From: Takakia lepidozioides
Taxonomy: Eukaryota > Plantae > Bryophyta
Assembly (NCBI GenBank): GCA_030704615.1
Contig: CM060733.1
Coordinates: 32,116,001-32,180,000 of the forward strand
DNA: 64,000 nt
Direction of reading: 5' to 3'
Both the position numbers and the translations under genes were made by a program. Positions 52,401 to 64,000 of this stretch are shown in pieces (within the stretch, counting starts at the first letter, position 1; the number at the start of each line of letters is the position of its first letter). Below the pieces are notes generated by a model. That model saw only the letters and a program-made list of their open reading frames with translations, was not told the origin of the DNA and ran no database searches.

Positions 52401-53392
52401 CTCCTTCATCAAAGCAGACCCCCTTATAATTCCCTTGTTGAACAATGATGATGTTGTTGGGGGAGTTAGTGCAGGTTGTTCATCACAACATGAAATGTGA
52501 CATTTTCTCATTAAACTAGATTCATTGTTACCTTATGTTCACAAAAATTTATGCTCACTTACGATAGAATGTACTCATAAGACGTTATTTGCCGTAGCCT
52601 TGTGGCCATTGACCCTGCGCCCAGTTTGAGCGGAAACCAAAGGGACAGAACCTACCTCTGTCAGGGGCTGACGTTGGTAGTAATAAGACTTACCTTGATA
52701 CATAGAATTGATCCGGGTTTTCCAGATATCCTCTAGAAATCCCTTCACACAGCAAAATCTGCTGTGTGCAATTTGCCCAAAAACTAGGCCTCAGAAGGGC
52801 CTGGGCTTTTGGCTCAGCCTCGAGACTTACAAAGTTGGTAAACAGAGGTACAGGCACAATTCCCTTGATAGATTTGAAGAGAGCGTCTCTTTGGTGAGAG
52901 AACCCCGGACAGTGAATCAGAAAATGAATACTGTCTTCAGGTTGCCCACACATCGGGCAATTGCACTCTCCCTTTCCTCTCTGCTTCTGTTTGCTGTTCA
53001 AAGGTAGGCTTCCTGCCCTGAGTTTAAATTTCAGTATAGTGCCGAGAGTGGGTAGACCTGTGAGGTCATCCAAGATGTCCTCCCCCATGTCACAGACTGG
53101 AAACAAGTTCAGGGAAGTTTTCTGCCTAACTTCTCACTTACGATAGAGCAGATCAGAGAGTTGGACATCTCAGGTGGATTCCTATCCAACAACAAAACTC
53201 CTAGTATGTTTCAAGGTGCATTCATTTTTGGGGTACTGAAATTGCATGTTGACTGGTTTGTTGGAGGGGTCCACAGACACTGATAACACGGCCACCCTCA
53301 CTCAATTTCTGATGTCGAAAATGTTGGACTCGCCGGAAGAGGAGACAACGTATGCAAATGCTTATGCTGAGGAAATTTGTGTTAACGCTTAA
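49474..53392 (+). CDS. FSH1/OVCA2-family serine hydrolase (alpha/beta fold); 7 exons
   Basis: Exons at about 49474-49602, 50010-50102, 50524-50622, 51732-51773, 51950-52079, 52285-52386 and 53277-53392 give LHGFRTSG, GPFDGLVGFSQGA (nucleophile Ser), GEKD (Asp) and GHTVP (His). Confidence 0.92.
50926..50970 (-). mobile_element. Short LINE family A 3' tail
   Basis: AGTGTACTGATAAGACATTGTTTGCAGTAGCCTTGTGGCCAT. Confidence 0.75.
52569..53132 (-). mobile_element. 5'-truncated LINE family A in the last FSH1 intron
   Basis: ORF 52690-53106 contains CPMC..HFLIHC. A 15-bp TSD CTCACTTACGATAGA sits at 52554-52568 and 53133-53147. Confidence 0.92.
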
Positions 53393-53699
53393 TCCACAGT
53401 TTGATCAAGGCTGCTGACAACAGTAGTCAAATCAATGTTTTGGTGGAATCTCGGAAAGCCCATTTGCTTTCATAACAAGATGTATCATGGTTATAATAGT
53501 ATTTATGGTGAGGTCTGGTAAGAACTGTCACATCAACTAGTGCTTGAAAGCCTATTGCTTTCATGACATGGCGATCATAGTTTTCATTCTGTAATGTGCA
53601 TGAAGACCTCACCACTGCCTGAGTGATTTGTAGGCCAGATCTCTGGATCAACTAACTGAGCCTGACACTTGCTATCTCAGATAGATTAATGGCTAGGAA

Positions 53700-53878
53700 T
53701 TTAAGGCGGGTATCCAGGAATTGGCATCAAGACCAAATGTTAGGCTGGTTAAATTTTTTTTAAGGCGGGTATCTAGGAATTGGCATCAAGACCAAAGGTC
53801 AGGCCGGTTATATTTTTTTAAGGCGGGTATCTAGGAATTGGCATCAAGACCAAAGGTTAGGCCGGTTATATTTTTTTG
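53700..53878. repeat. Tandem repeat, 3 x about 59 bp
   Basis: TTAAGGCGGGTATC(C/T)AGGAATTGGCATCAAGACCAAA..TAGGC.GGTTA.ATTTTTT occurs three times. Confidence 0.9.
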
Positions 53879-55381
53879 CTACACTCTGGATGTGAGTAGG
53901 CCAAGAACCTGCTTGTTTTTGGAACCCTACATGGAAATCAAGTGAAGCAAATCCCACAATTTATGGTACCACGTTCATATCATTGCCAGTAGTATTAACT
54001 ATAAACAGGGCATTACATATGGCTCATGTCTCCATATACTGTGCAATGTCCACCTGTACTGAAAACAATTCTTGTATGAGGACTTGACCGTCACTTGCAG
54101 AACCATGAACCGCAATACAGAAGGTTATGGATTATGATTGATAGAGTGGTGGAAATGCATGTCATACCTTCATCTACCTTGAAAATGTGACCAAGCATGA
54201 CAGTGTAAACATTTTTCGTGCTAACCGACCTGTGTCAACAACAATATCAAAGCACAAACCATGTCACCACAATGGAGTATGGCATGCCTTGTTACAGTTG
54301 ACTATAAAGAGCCCTCACTGTGTAGTTGCTCCACATCCCGGGCACTGCCATCAATGAGGAAGCCTACATTCAGCATGAAGACTAAATAGACTGGTAAGAC
54401 TAGAGTCAAGCATCCCCAGTAAAATATCCCCTTTGTGGACCTGTAGCCAGCCCACTGGAAGGATACAATCAGTAAAGAGTAATGCTAATGATTCTGGTAT
54501 GCTTGGCTGCTTGCTATGCTGAGTACAGCATCATCATCAGCCTGGTCATTCTAGCTACAGCCCAGCAAGCTGGTATGGTGACTGTTGTCTCTGCGTTGTC
54601 TCTGCTAACCGCAACACCGGGCACCGTTCTTTCCTGATCTTTCAGATTTCTCGCTTCCCCCCACTAAGAAACGCTGAGCAAGAAAGGATGACAAACAATC
54701 TGTGAACATTATAATACACCATACAGGGAACACTAAGAATATCAATGCAAACCAATTGATACTTGATGAGAAACATAGATTTCAAAGCCCTTTGCATTTT
54801 AAGGTCCAGTACCAAGAACCAAGACCTTCCAAACAAGCTAACCTCCAGACTTGGCTGCTAACTTGATTACAAAATTGCTCTCTGCTCCCAGAAGTTGACT
54901 CCCCATCTTACTTGCAACTGAGTTAAACTTTTAGAGATCATAAAGCACACCTGTAGGGTTGCTGCCTTATTGTGTTGACTACCCTGCTAGTGACATGACA
55001 CGTGCCAGAGTGTCCCTATACCCCTCTTTGGGAGTTTCAAAAGGAAACATACCGATACTAAAGATCACTACTTTGTATCTTTCCAAGCCTATCCTGTATC
55101 TGTCAGGATTGCTGTAAGACTGTTCACTAGTCAAGCTGCTGGACTAGAAGGGGTTTGTATGTCACAAAAGCCACAAAAGTCTCAAGAGTCACAATATTGT
55201 CGATTTGACCCACTTGACAAGAGCAGTTGCTGCACCCTTCTTCCAGTCTCACAAGTCATCACTCAACAAACTTGTGCTGGGCATCAACAATTCTTTCCAG
55301 CCATAATCCTCCTCCCTTACATCCTGTCACTCAAGTTTTCTGTGTTCCTTACTAGAACCAGGGCAAGGAAATTAGGGCTGC

Positions 55382-58300
55382 TCAGCTTGGAGATGAACAT
55401 GCAACCCGCCCCATATAGAAGAAGGCTAATGAAGCTATAATGCCCACAATTGCAGCAGCAATTTCCTTGCCCAAAAAAGGCCTTTGTTTTCCGTGTCTTC
55501 TCAATTCCATCTCCATTGCACTCATTGCCTTCTCCTTGTCACTCAATTCGTCACTCATGACCTTCTTCATAGCATGCAATGCTTCCAAGGCCTCCTTCAC
55601 TGGGGCAAGCTCCTTTTTGCATACATCCAGCTCCTCTGTTCCCCTTGCAACAATGCCTTCCATCTTCTGTAACTCCTCCCTCATCCCAGCATTAGATGCT
55701 TCAAGCAACGACGATTTTGAATCCAGCTCAGACAGACCTTGCTCAGCAACAACCAACAACTTTTGCACTTGCACTTTCTCTTCCTTGACCTCTGTGGCCT
55801 CGTCAGTTAACTTCTTGATGCTCTCTTGCAGTGCTTCAATCTGTGCAAGTGCACCCTCGAGCTCACTCCCTAGTAAATGTCTCTCTGCATTTGTTGATGA
55901 CTCCAGATTCAACATCTTCTCTTGAACTTTTGCCAAATCATTAGATGCCTGCCTGTACTGCGTCTCCAACATATGCTTCTCAGTCTGCAAATTATAGACC
56001 AGTGCCTCCGACTCTGACTCCCTGACCTTGAAGTCCATGTTCTCTTTCTCCAGAAGCTGCAAGTGGCTCTGGGCATCAATCAGTGCCGCATCCAGCCTTA
56101 CATTCTCCAGTTTAGCCTTCTCCATGTCCACCTGCAAAAGCAAGAAACTATGCTGTTTATGTGCAGGCACCATGGCCATGAGGGGTGCCAAGGGTGTTCT
56201 AGAAATCTGGAGGGCTTTGAATGAATCACATTCTGAACAAATGAGGAAAGCAGACTAGACTATGATCAGAAGTGCAAGTTGGCCAGAAGCCAGCAGCACA
56301 GAATTGTTGCACCCCCATAACTCAGACCCTTCCTAAACAACTGATGGGATTACAGCTTCATTTGAGGAAGGTGCTCAGAGGTCATGCCTTTAAGGCTTCA
56401 ATTGTGTCTCTTGCATAAATGCTGTCCTCCACTGAAGCCTTCAAAGTATCAGATAGCCGGTTGAGCTCACCCTCCATGGCTTCCTTCTGAGCCTTGAAGT
56501 CTGTAGCCTTTTCATTATAAGATGACTGCAAACAGATTGAAATGGCATCATTGCGGTGTTTCAGACTTCACAAACCCATTCCATGAAACATACATTGAAG
56601 ATTAGAATTGTGGAAGAGAGAAAGTAGACTGCAATCATTACTATGTGTTGCATTTCATCCTTTTGAAGATAAACTTGGCTGCTATTTTCTATCATACCTT
56701 CTAGGCCCCATGATTGTTAGAGAACAGAACCTAGCCCCTGATTTTGATATGACAGTCACCAGCTATAGTAGGAAAAAGACAACCCAAGTTGAAAATAACA
56801 CATCTGCAAGTCTATGCATGAAAGCGTCGCCATCAACCAGGGGCCACGTGGGTATAGATCCAGAAGGAGAGCTTCCCAACTGTCATGGGCATGAGAGCAT
56901 GTTTTGAACCATACCTGTAAACGTGCATTATTCTCACTTAGACCCTCACTGAAGCTGGAGAGCCTCTCTATCTCACAAGTCAGTGACTGAGCCTCAGCTT
57001 CATGTGTAGCAGCAATTTGTTTGCTTTCCTCAAGCTTTCCCAGCACATCCTCCAGTTCTCGACGCACTTTCGACAGCATGGTCTCCAGCTCATTCTTCTC
57101 ATTCAGTAAAGAAAGCTTCTCCACCAGAAAACCACCTATCTGGTTGTCTAAATCTATCACTTCTTTCTGAAGTGCAGCCTTTTGTTTCTCTGATGCCACT
57201 AACGATTCAATCTCATTGTTCACCGCGCTAAATGCACACTTCAGAGCATCAGTTTCTTTAAGTGATGCCTGTAGTTTCACCTGCAGAACTTCCTGTTCAC
57301 TGCCTAGGGCAATAACTTTTTCCTTATATGCATCTCTCTCTTGCACAGCTGAATCCAGCTTCATTTTCAGAGCTTTCTTATCGTATTCCAGGCATGCAAT
57401 CTCGTCCTTCATATGGTGGTGGATGGGCTTCATACTGTTTAATTCGTCTGCCAAATCTTTCAGTGACTCAAGTTCTCTGGAGATTTCACTGACAGAATCA
57501 TCTGCATTTCGTCTTCGGTAATTCTCTTCGTCCAGATTCTGTTGTCCATTCAATCACATGGGTTTGGGTAAGGGAGAGACTACTTTACCAATGGTTATTG
57601 GCTCTAGTTTTCACAAGAAACATCCACCCCTCAACTGATAACTCCACAAGCCCCTACTACATTCTCCCTTAATGCAGCTTTTCATGAACCTCAAGACCAA
57701 GGGACAGCCATTCACAAAAGGTCATAAGTCTAGTGCATTTAAGTGGGAAGAAAGGTTAATCCCTTGACGCTGCAGAGAGCTAAGGTGACAAAGCCGCACA
57801 GGACAACGACATGATGTTAATTTGGTCTGGCTACCAACAATTCGATGAGAAATTTCGTATACAGCCTCTAATCAACATTCCCCAATTCCCCCGCGTCACC
57901 TGATTGAAAACGAAGCACTAACCGATACCCAACAAGGACTGGCGATGGGGATGCGTCCAGTCTACACCTACACCGCATTGAAAGCCCACATCACTGGGCA
58001 AATAAACTAGAGACTCCTGTACTACTGGGCGCACTGTTCGTCTTTAGACTCGAATCCGTAAATGATTCGGAGGTTCTTAGGTTTCAGGAATTATAATGCC
58101 TATCAGCGCTCACAATTAGTACAACTAACATGGAGAATAGTGACCCTGTTTACCTTTTTTGCGATACGAAGCTCATCCTCCCGTTCTGCAATCCTTGATA
58201 GCAGCTCCTCATTCTCAGACCGCAGAGCTAGCAATTTTTTGACGATTTTGTCGTTCACCTCCATGAGGTTCATCAGCCGGTGGTCGCCGCTTTCTAACAC

Positions 58301-58533
58301 CGTTTGCTGCTTTGAGCTCGCAATGCACGTGGCGTTGCCATTGGTAGCCTCCAGGCAGCCGGCGTCCCCGTTGGCCAAAGGATCTCCATATCCTGTCCCA
58401 TTGCTCACCGCAGACTGTGGAGTACCTGGTGGAGATTCAAGGGGTCCAGTCCGTCAACACTTGCGCGAGGTGGTTCGTCATCAGTGGCGCGGTGGTCCTT
58501 GTGATGCTTTTTGCTCCTGTGCTTCCCTCGCAT
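55382..58533 (-). CDS. Long coiled-coil protein with a C-terminal transmembrane anchor; 4 exons, apparent 1-nt frameshift in exon 1
   Basis: Exons 58533-58154, 57538-56915, 56525-56388 (GC donor) and 56131-55382. The protein is rich in E/K/L heptads and ends IAAAIVGIIASLAFFYMGRVACSSPS*. Confidence 0.8.
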
Positions 58534-60649
58534 TTTTTCTGCTCACAAGAACTGTGCCAGCGGTGAGGGGAGGGGGAGACAGACCTTCAAGAAGTGAGTA
58601 AATATGAGACCTCAATGCATCACAGGACAAAATACATCCTGTGTCCAGAGCTATAAACGATGGTTTTGCATGCAGAAGTGGAGGAACTTGAACAAATAGA
58701 CAAAAAAAAACTTACATGTGTACACCAGGTTAACTCCCTCCCGGACACCGAGGGCAATGCACTACCTACATAAGGACACTCTTGCATTCATGCTTCCATG
58801 CATTTGGACAGAGATAATAAGACTTGGTATGTACACCAAACAAGAAATCGTAAAGCAATATGAAGGTAAAGTCCTAACAACAGAAAGCTCAACTCCTGAG
58901 CTGGTAAAAATCTTGCAGCAGTTCCCCTTCCTCCTCACTTGCACGGAGGAAAGGAAGCACCGGCGCCTAATTGGCCGGAAAGTAACCACTAGATGCTTAA
59001 AAGTTGAAGATAAGACCTCTGATTCCAGAGCTAGTGATGAAACTACACGTACACGCAATCATGCTCCTCGAACTATAGAATGAAACGGGAATAAGTACAT
59101 CGAGAGATAGAGTGAGAAAGGGAGGAAGGTCCAAACGCATCCCAAAAACACTGGAAAGATACATACATACAGAAATCGAAAAAGGAAAGGACGATAAAGC
59201 GCGTATTAAGGATAAGCTACCTTCACAGAGATGTAGGTCCGATTTGAGAGGAAGAAAGTGGTCAGTTAACTCAAGACGCGCGAGCAATGCAACAGTGTGA
59301 GATTCTTCAGAGCTATGGCGAGAGAGAGCGAGAGATGGGAAAAGAGAGACGCACAAAGAACGGAAAATGCTCTGTGCCTGTAATCAATGCTCATATCCGG
59401 TTTCCGGTTGCCTCCGACCGGAATCGGTGAAGACGAATCGGTCTGGCATTGACCGGTCACCGGCCAGTTTCTTGAACTCTGTGCAAAAGGGTAATTGGGT
59501 GGCATTCAAATTCAACACGGCGCATTTACTGTGGCCGCTCACCCGATTAGGGGCGGCAAACAGGTGGCCGCGGCGCCTGAATGCTCGGAGGAAACGACCA
59601 ACGGCACATTGTCTACTTACTTTTGGCGGGAATACATCTTCGTACAGTACTCATCCATTTTTTTGAGACATTCATCTATCGCAAGCTGTTTCCATTGTAT
59701 TCATCCCGCAGTCATTAGTCAGTTTGAGTCTTACATCCATCCACCTGCCCAGGATGATCTGTTTTTTAATGGTTCTCCTACACCTTCCTAACACTGGCCA
59801 CAAGCTAGTTTTGTGCAGCCCTGCGCAACGAGGGTGTAGGTAGTATAGGAAATGTGATGAGCACGGGCAGATTGTTGGTAATCAGTCAAGGACCTACTAT
59901 CCAGCAACTGTAGTTTTCATACCGTCCTCCCCACTGAGTGCTATATTCTTTGGTGTGGGGGTTGGTATAGTGTGAGCACTACTTGCATGAGAGGTGAGCG
60001 TCTGCTGTGTCAATATGAATGTGTTGTGTGTGTGTATATATATATATATATAATTTATAACCATTTAAATATTTACAAATACAATTTACTTGGAATTATT
60101 ACTTAATTATTACTTTAAATTATTAAGTAAATTATTACTTAAAAACCCTCATAGTGCTAGTATGAGGCATAGGGTGCTGCGTCTTCATTAGCAAATAATA
60201 ATGATAATTTAAACTAGGGTTGCGCGTTGCTATGCACTACTAGTGTGAATCTCAATATGTAATTGTACTAGTTGTTAGGGGATAGAGTTTTGCTCTACAA
60301 AAATATATATGGGTAGGGCATTTGAAAGTGACCTATTCATCTTTTCAGATATAATGTGATTTCTTCTCAGGCTGGTTGGTACCAGTGTTGTGTGGGTACC
60401 CGCTTAGGCGGGTTGAAACCGGCGGTTCCGGTTCCGGTTCCTGGGAACCGATAATGGAACCGGAACCGGCGCCAGGAACCAGAACCGGGGAGCAGGACGA
60501 GCCGGTCCCAGAACCGGAACCGACGGGTGCGGGTTTTTCCACAGGAACTGGAACCGGGGGGTCAATGGCGGTTCCGGATCCGGTTCTCGCACTAGGGTTT
60601 TCTTTTTTTTTTTTTTTTTTTTTTCCCCGCGATCTGTCGTCTCTCACGC

Positions 60650-61430
60650 GCGATCTACTGCAGCGCAGGGGAGGGAGCAGCGCATAGCAGCGCGGGAGGA
60701 GGGATCAGCTCAGCGCACCAGCGCAGGGGAGGGAACAACAAAACACTGCGGGAGGAGGGATCAGATCAGCGCACCAGCGCGGGGCGAGGTAGCAGCATTT
60801 TTTTTTAATTTATTTATTTATTATTATTATTATTTTGGTTTGGTTTTCCTGCTTTTGTAGTCTCGCACCTCCACTTGCGGGATGTGCTGCAGCAGCGCGG
60901 GGGAGGGAGTAGCGCCTCAACCCTTGGGGGAGGCCGAAGCAGCACAGGAGGGGGAGGTAGCAGTGTAGGCAGCAGGGTTTTTTTATTTTGTTTTATTTTT
61001 TTCCACGTTGTATCGTCTTTCACCTCCTCTTGCTGCAGCAGCGGGAGCATCAACGCGCGGGAGGGAGCAGCGCGGGAGGAGGGATCAGATCAGCGCACCA
61101 GCGCGTGTGCGAGGTAGCAGCATTTTTTATTTTTTTTTGGTTTGGTTTTCTTGCTTCTATGGTCTCGCACCTCCACCTTCGGGATGTGCTGCAGCAACGC
61201 GAGCATCAGTGTGGGGGAGGGAGCAGCGCCTCAGCCCGTAGGGCAGGCCGAAGCAGCACATGAGGGGGAGGGAGCAGCGTAGGCAGCAGGGTTTTTTTTT
61301 TGTTTTTTTTTCCCACGTTGTACCGTCTCTCACCTCCTGCTGCTACAGCAGCACAAATATCAACGCGGGGGAGGGAGCAGCCGGGTACGAGTATAGGGGA
61401 GGGAGCAGCGCAGTCAGCACAACCTCCGTG
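60650..61430. repeat. GC-rich internal repeats of the hAT element, including two units of about 320 bp
   Basis: GCGGGAGGAGGGATCAG.TCAGCGCACCAGCGC occurs three times. Sequence 60750-61060 is duplicated at about 61072-61380. Confidence 0.8.
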
Positions 61431-62479
61431 AAGGTTAGCCCTCCATCTTTTTATTTTTATGGCAAAATTGTGCAGCCGAGAAGCTTGTGCTAAGGCCTTT
61501 GGTTTTTTTTTTTTTTTTTTTTTCCTTTCATGGCAAATTAATGCAACCAAGCAACTTGTGCTAGGCCCTTTTAGCCCTTCATTTTTTTTTTTTTTCCCTT
61601 GAATGGCAAAGTCATGCAACCAAGTAGTTTGGTTGGTCTACTGTAGCCAGTGCCTTGTGTTAGCATTATGAGATCTGAAAATGGTCAATGTACATGCTCT
61701 CTTGGCTGGTCTATTGTTGCCAATGGCTTATGATAGCATTAGGAAATCTGAAAGAGGTCTACCTGGTGTGCATTTGATTGCCACTCATGACATCTGAAAA
61801 TTGAATTTCCACATTTGAGGATCTGTCATGGTGCCTAAAGGGGCTGAATGACTAAAATGACATATCTTACATTTATATATATGTGTTCTACTTTGAATGT
61901 ATGAGTGCTTGTGCCACCCAAGAGCTTGTATGTATGCCCTTGCTTTAATATTTGGCTCTACTTGTGGGATTGGGTATTTACTATTTACTGTCATAAGACC
62001 AGCCCCCCTATTTAATGTCATAAAACTAGCCCCCCCCCTATGTGCAGTGTTGTGCAGTTTACTAGGCTCTCACATTGGTGTAATTATATTACAAATTTGC
62101 ATTGTATGAATGTTTAAGTTTGAATTGGGTTGGATTGGGACCCGATTGGGATTAATTTGATTCAGGGAGTATATGTAGCCATTTGCAATGTATGGAGCCC
62201 AATATCTTTGAAGAACTGGAGAGAGGTGTTGTTCATGACACCAATGTCAACAATGTGGGAGCTATGGAAGCTTGCCCTATGCTATGTGCATCGTCTTCTT
62301 CATCAATTCCTCTCCCTTCAGCGGTCGGTGGGTCTTCCACAATATCACAGTATTCAAATAGCTCAATGTCCGAGGAAGAGCAGTTTTCCACCCTACGCAA
62401 GTAATGTGAGTTTTGGAAACCTTACAATCGCATTGCTTCATCATGGGCATTTTATGCAGTTGCCAACGCGGGTCCAGTA

Positions 62480-64000
62480 GATGCAATACACCCGCAGTAT
62501 ATGAGGTGTGTGTTTTGTTATTTTGCTCCTGTGTTTGAAAAGATGTCAGGATATATGACTTACAACAAAGACCATGGAAATTCTGTTCTTCACAAGCATG
62601 TGAATAAGAAACATGGGGCTTTGGTTAAGTAAGTGGATTGAAATGGAAAAAGATGGGCCGGATGCTTGTAGACCTGCAAAGAAGAGGCTTGGCCCTACCC
62701 CAGGGAACATATCTTCTTTCTTTGGCAGTCGAACTCCATACAAGAAAGATGATGAATAACAGAAAAGATTCAACGAGGATTTGGTCATGTTCATTGCAAA
62801 AGAGTTGTTGCCATTGTCTTTGGTCGAATCTCCATGGCTACGAAGGGTAGTGGGGAGACAAAATGATCGTCTAGTTTCCCCTCTCGACGCACACTTGTGT
62901 AACTTGTACTGTCAGTTTTGATTTGTGGATGTCAAGAGAATGAACAGATACTTTTGTCATCATAACGTACTTTCTTAATGAGCAATGAGAACCATGTCAT
63001 GTGACATTGGGAATGTTTGAGGCACCTGATATATCCGGGGCAGCCATGACACGACAAGTGAACGACCTTTTGACAAAATATGGTTTGAATTCGCGCATCA
63101 TAGCTTATGTCAAAGATGAAGGAGGTAATTTGGGTACTTTGACTGTAGCTTTGAATGCAGTCGTGTCTTGTGCCCCATTGGGACTGTCTGCACCATTTGT
63201 GGGAAGTTGCTTTGGACATGCAATATCCAAGTGTTGTCAGTATGCCACGACTGATGCAAAGGTGTGCATGAATATGAGGGTTCTGTCTATAAAGGATGCT
63301 CAATCAAAGTTGCAGAAGACCATCACTTGGACCAAGAAGAGTGGAAAGGGAAGGCAAGAATGGAATGTAGCATGTGTTGATAGTGACATTCATCCTCGCA
63401 AGCTGAAGACTCCAGTGAAAACCAGGTTTGCTTCCAAAGTGATCATCTTTAAAAAACTTTGGAATTTCAGCAAGCTATCATTAATTGTTATTCCAGGCAG
63501 GCTTCACTGTCTTTGCAATCTCGCATACCAAGCCCATAAGTGTGGGCAATTGCAAAGTCTATTTCCACGGTTCTCGGACCTGTGGTTCATGAGTGTGTTA
63601 TGAACCAGTCAGACAGATACTGACTATTGTCTGATGCTCTTGCTGCAGCAATTACAACTTATGTACGTGTGCGAGCAGACAATGTTCGAAGCTTGGGTAC
63701 AATGGATTATCGCATTGGGGATTTTGATGCAGAGTTGCAATTGTTAGAATGGCGGATGGCTCAGGAGGTGGCGCATGTATTGGGGACAATTCTCTCATTT
63801 TTGGAAGGAGTTCAACCATTGAAAAGCCCACAATATGTTGGCGCTGATGCTTGATCCGCATTTCAAGGGATTGTCCTTGGTGACACAATATGTGGGCAGA
63901 GAACAGGGACATATCATTGTTCAGCAATATGAACACCTTGGTGTTGGAGCCTCTTTTGGTCGAATGTTTCAAGATCCTTCACCCGGATACTACGACCCAG
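62480..64000 (+). pseudogene. hAT transposase pseudogene (BED finger and DDE domain)
   Basis: MRCVFC...LHKHVNKKH (BED-like), SFDLWM, VKDEGGNL, CFGHAISK, LKTPVKTRF and MLALMLDPHFK are present, with multiple frameshifts and stops. Confidence 0.85.

Larger units (their letters stand above)
60408..64000 (+). mobile_element. hAT-superfamily DNA transposon (left end and degenerate transposase), running off the window
   Basis: An Ac-like terminus C(G)GGTTGAAACCGG is followed by GGAACCGG/CCGGTTCC subterminal repeats (60418-60585). Transposase remnants lie downstream. Confidence 0.8.

Noticed and set aside
58718-59791. Several 60-120 aa ORFs
   Set aside because: They overlap in many frames and have no motifs. 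This is the likely 5' UTR, intron or promoter region of the coiled-coil gene.
60345-61619. Pro/Gly-rich ORFs
   Set aside because: They are artefacts of GC-rich subterminal and internal repeats of the hAT element.
1-64000. tRNA, rRNA or snRNA genes
   Set aside because: None were recognised by eye. A tRNAscan-SE/Infernal run would be needed to exclude small ncRNAs.

Overview
This is eukaryotic nuclear DNA, most likely from a non-seed land plant (bryophyte/fern-like). That assignment is inferred from plant-type spliced genes with organelle transit peptides and from the transposon types. Six intron-containing host genes could be assembled by hand: a plastid-type SDR (6319-12634 +), NDUFAF3/Mth938-like (14217-15940 +), a conserved plastid-type protein of unknown function (17224-24667 +), a full-size PDR/ABCG transporter (27256-43900 +), an FSH1-family serine hydrolase (49474-53392 +) and a tail-anchored coiled-coil protein (58533-55382 -). 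Introns carry many copies of two non-LTR retrotransposon families. One ends in ...GAGTACA(A/T)TCT with no poly(A) and has 15-16 bp TSDs; the other ends in (CATTT)n. A degenerate hAT transposon occupies the right end. Two things stand out. First, a decayed element at about 1.07-6.19 kb couples an array of about 16 palindromes (core TTTCGGCGCCGAAA, reminiscent of parS/Noc sites) to a spliced pseudogene with a ParB/Srx-like DGNH motif and a possible amino-methyltransferase-like C-terminal motif. Second, the PDR transporter carries an in-frame, two-exon, PDZ-like domain between NBD1 and TMD1, and its motifs look more oomycete-like than angiosperm-like. All gene models are manual, and no database searches were run.
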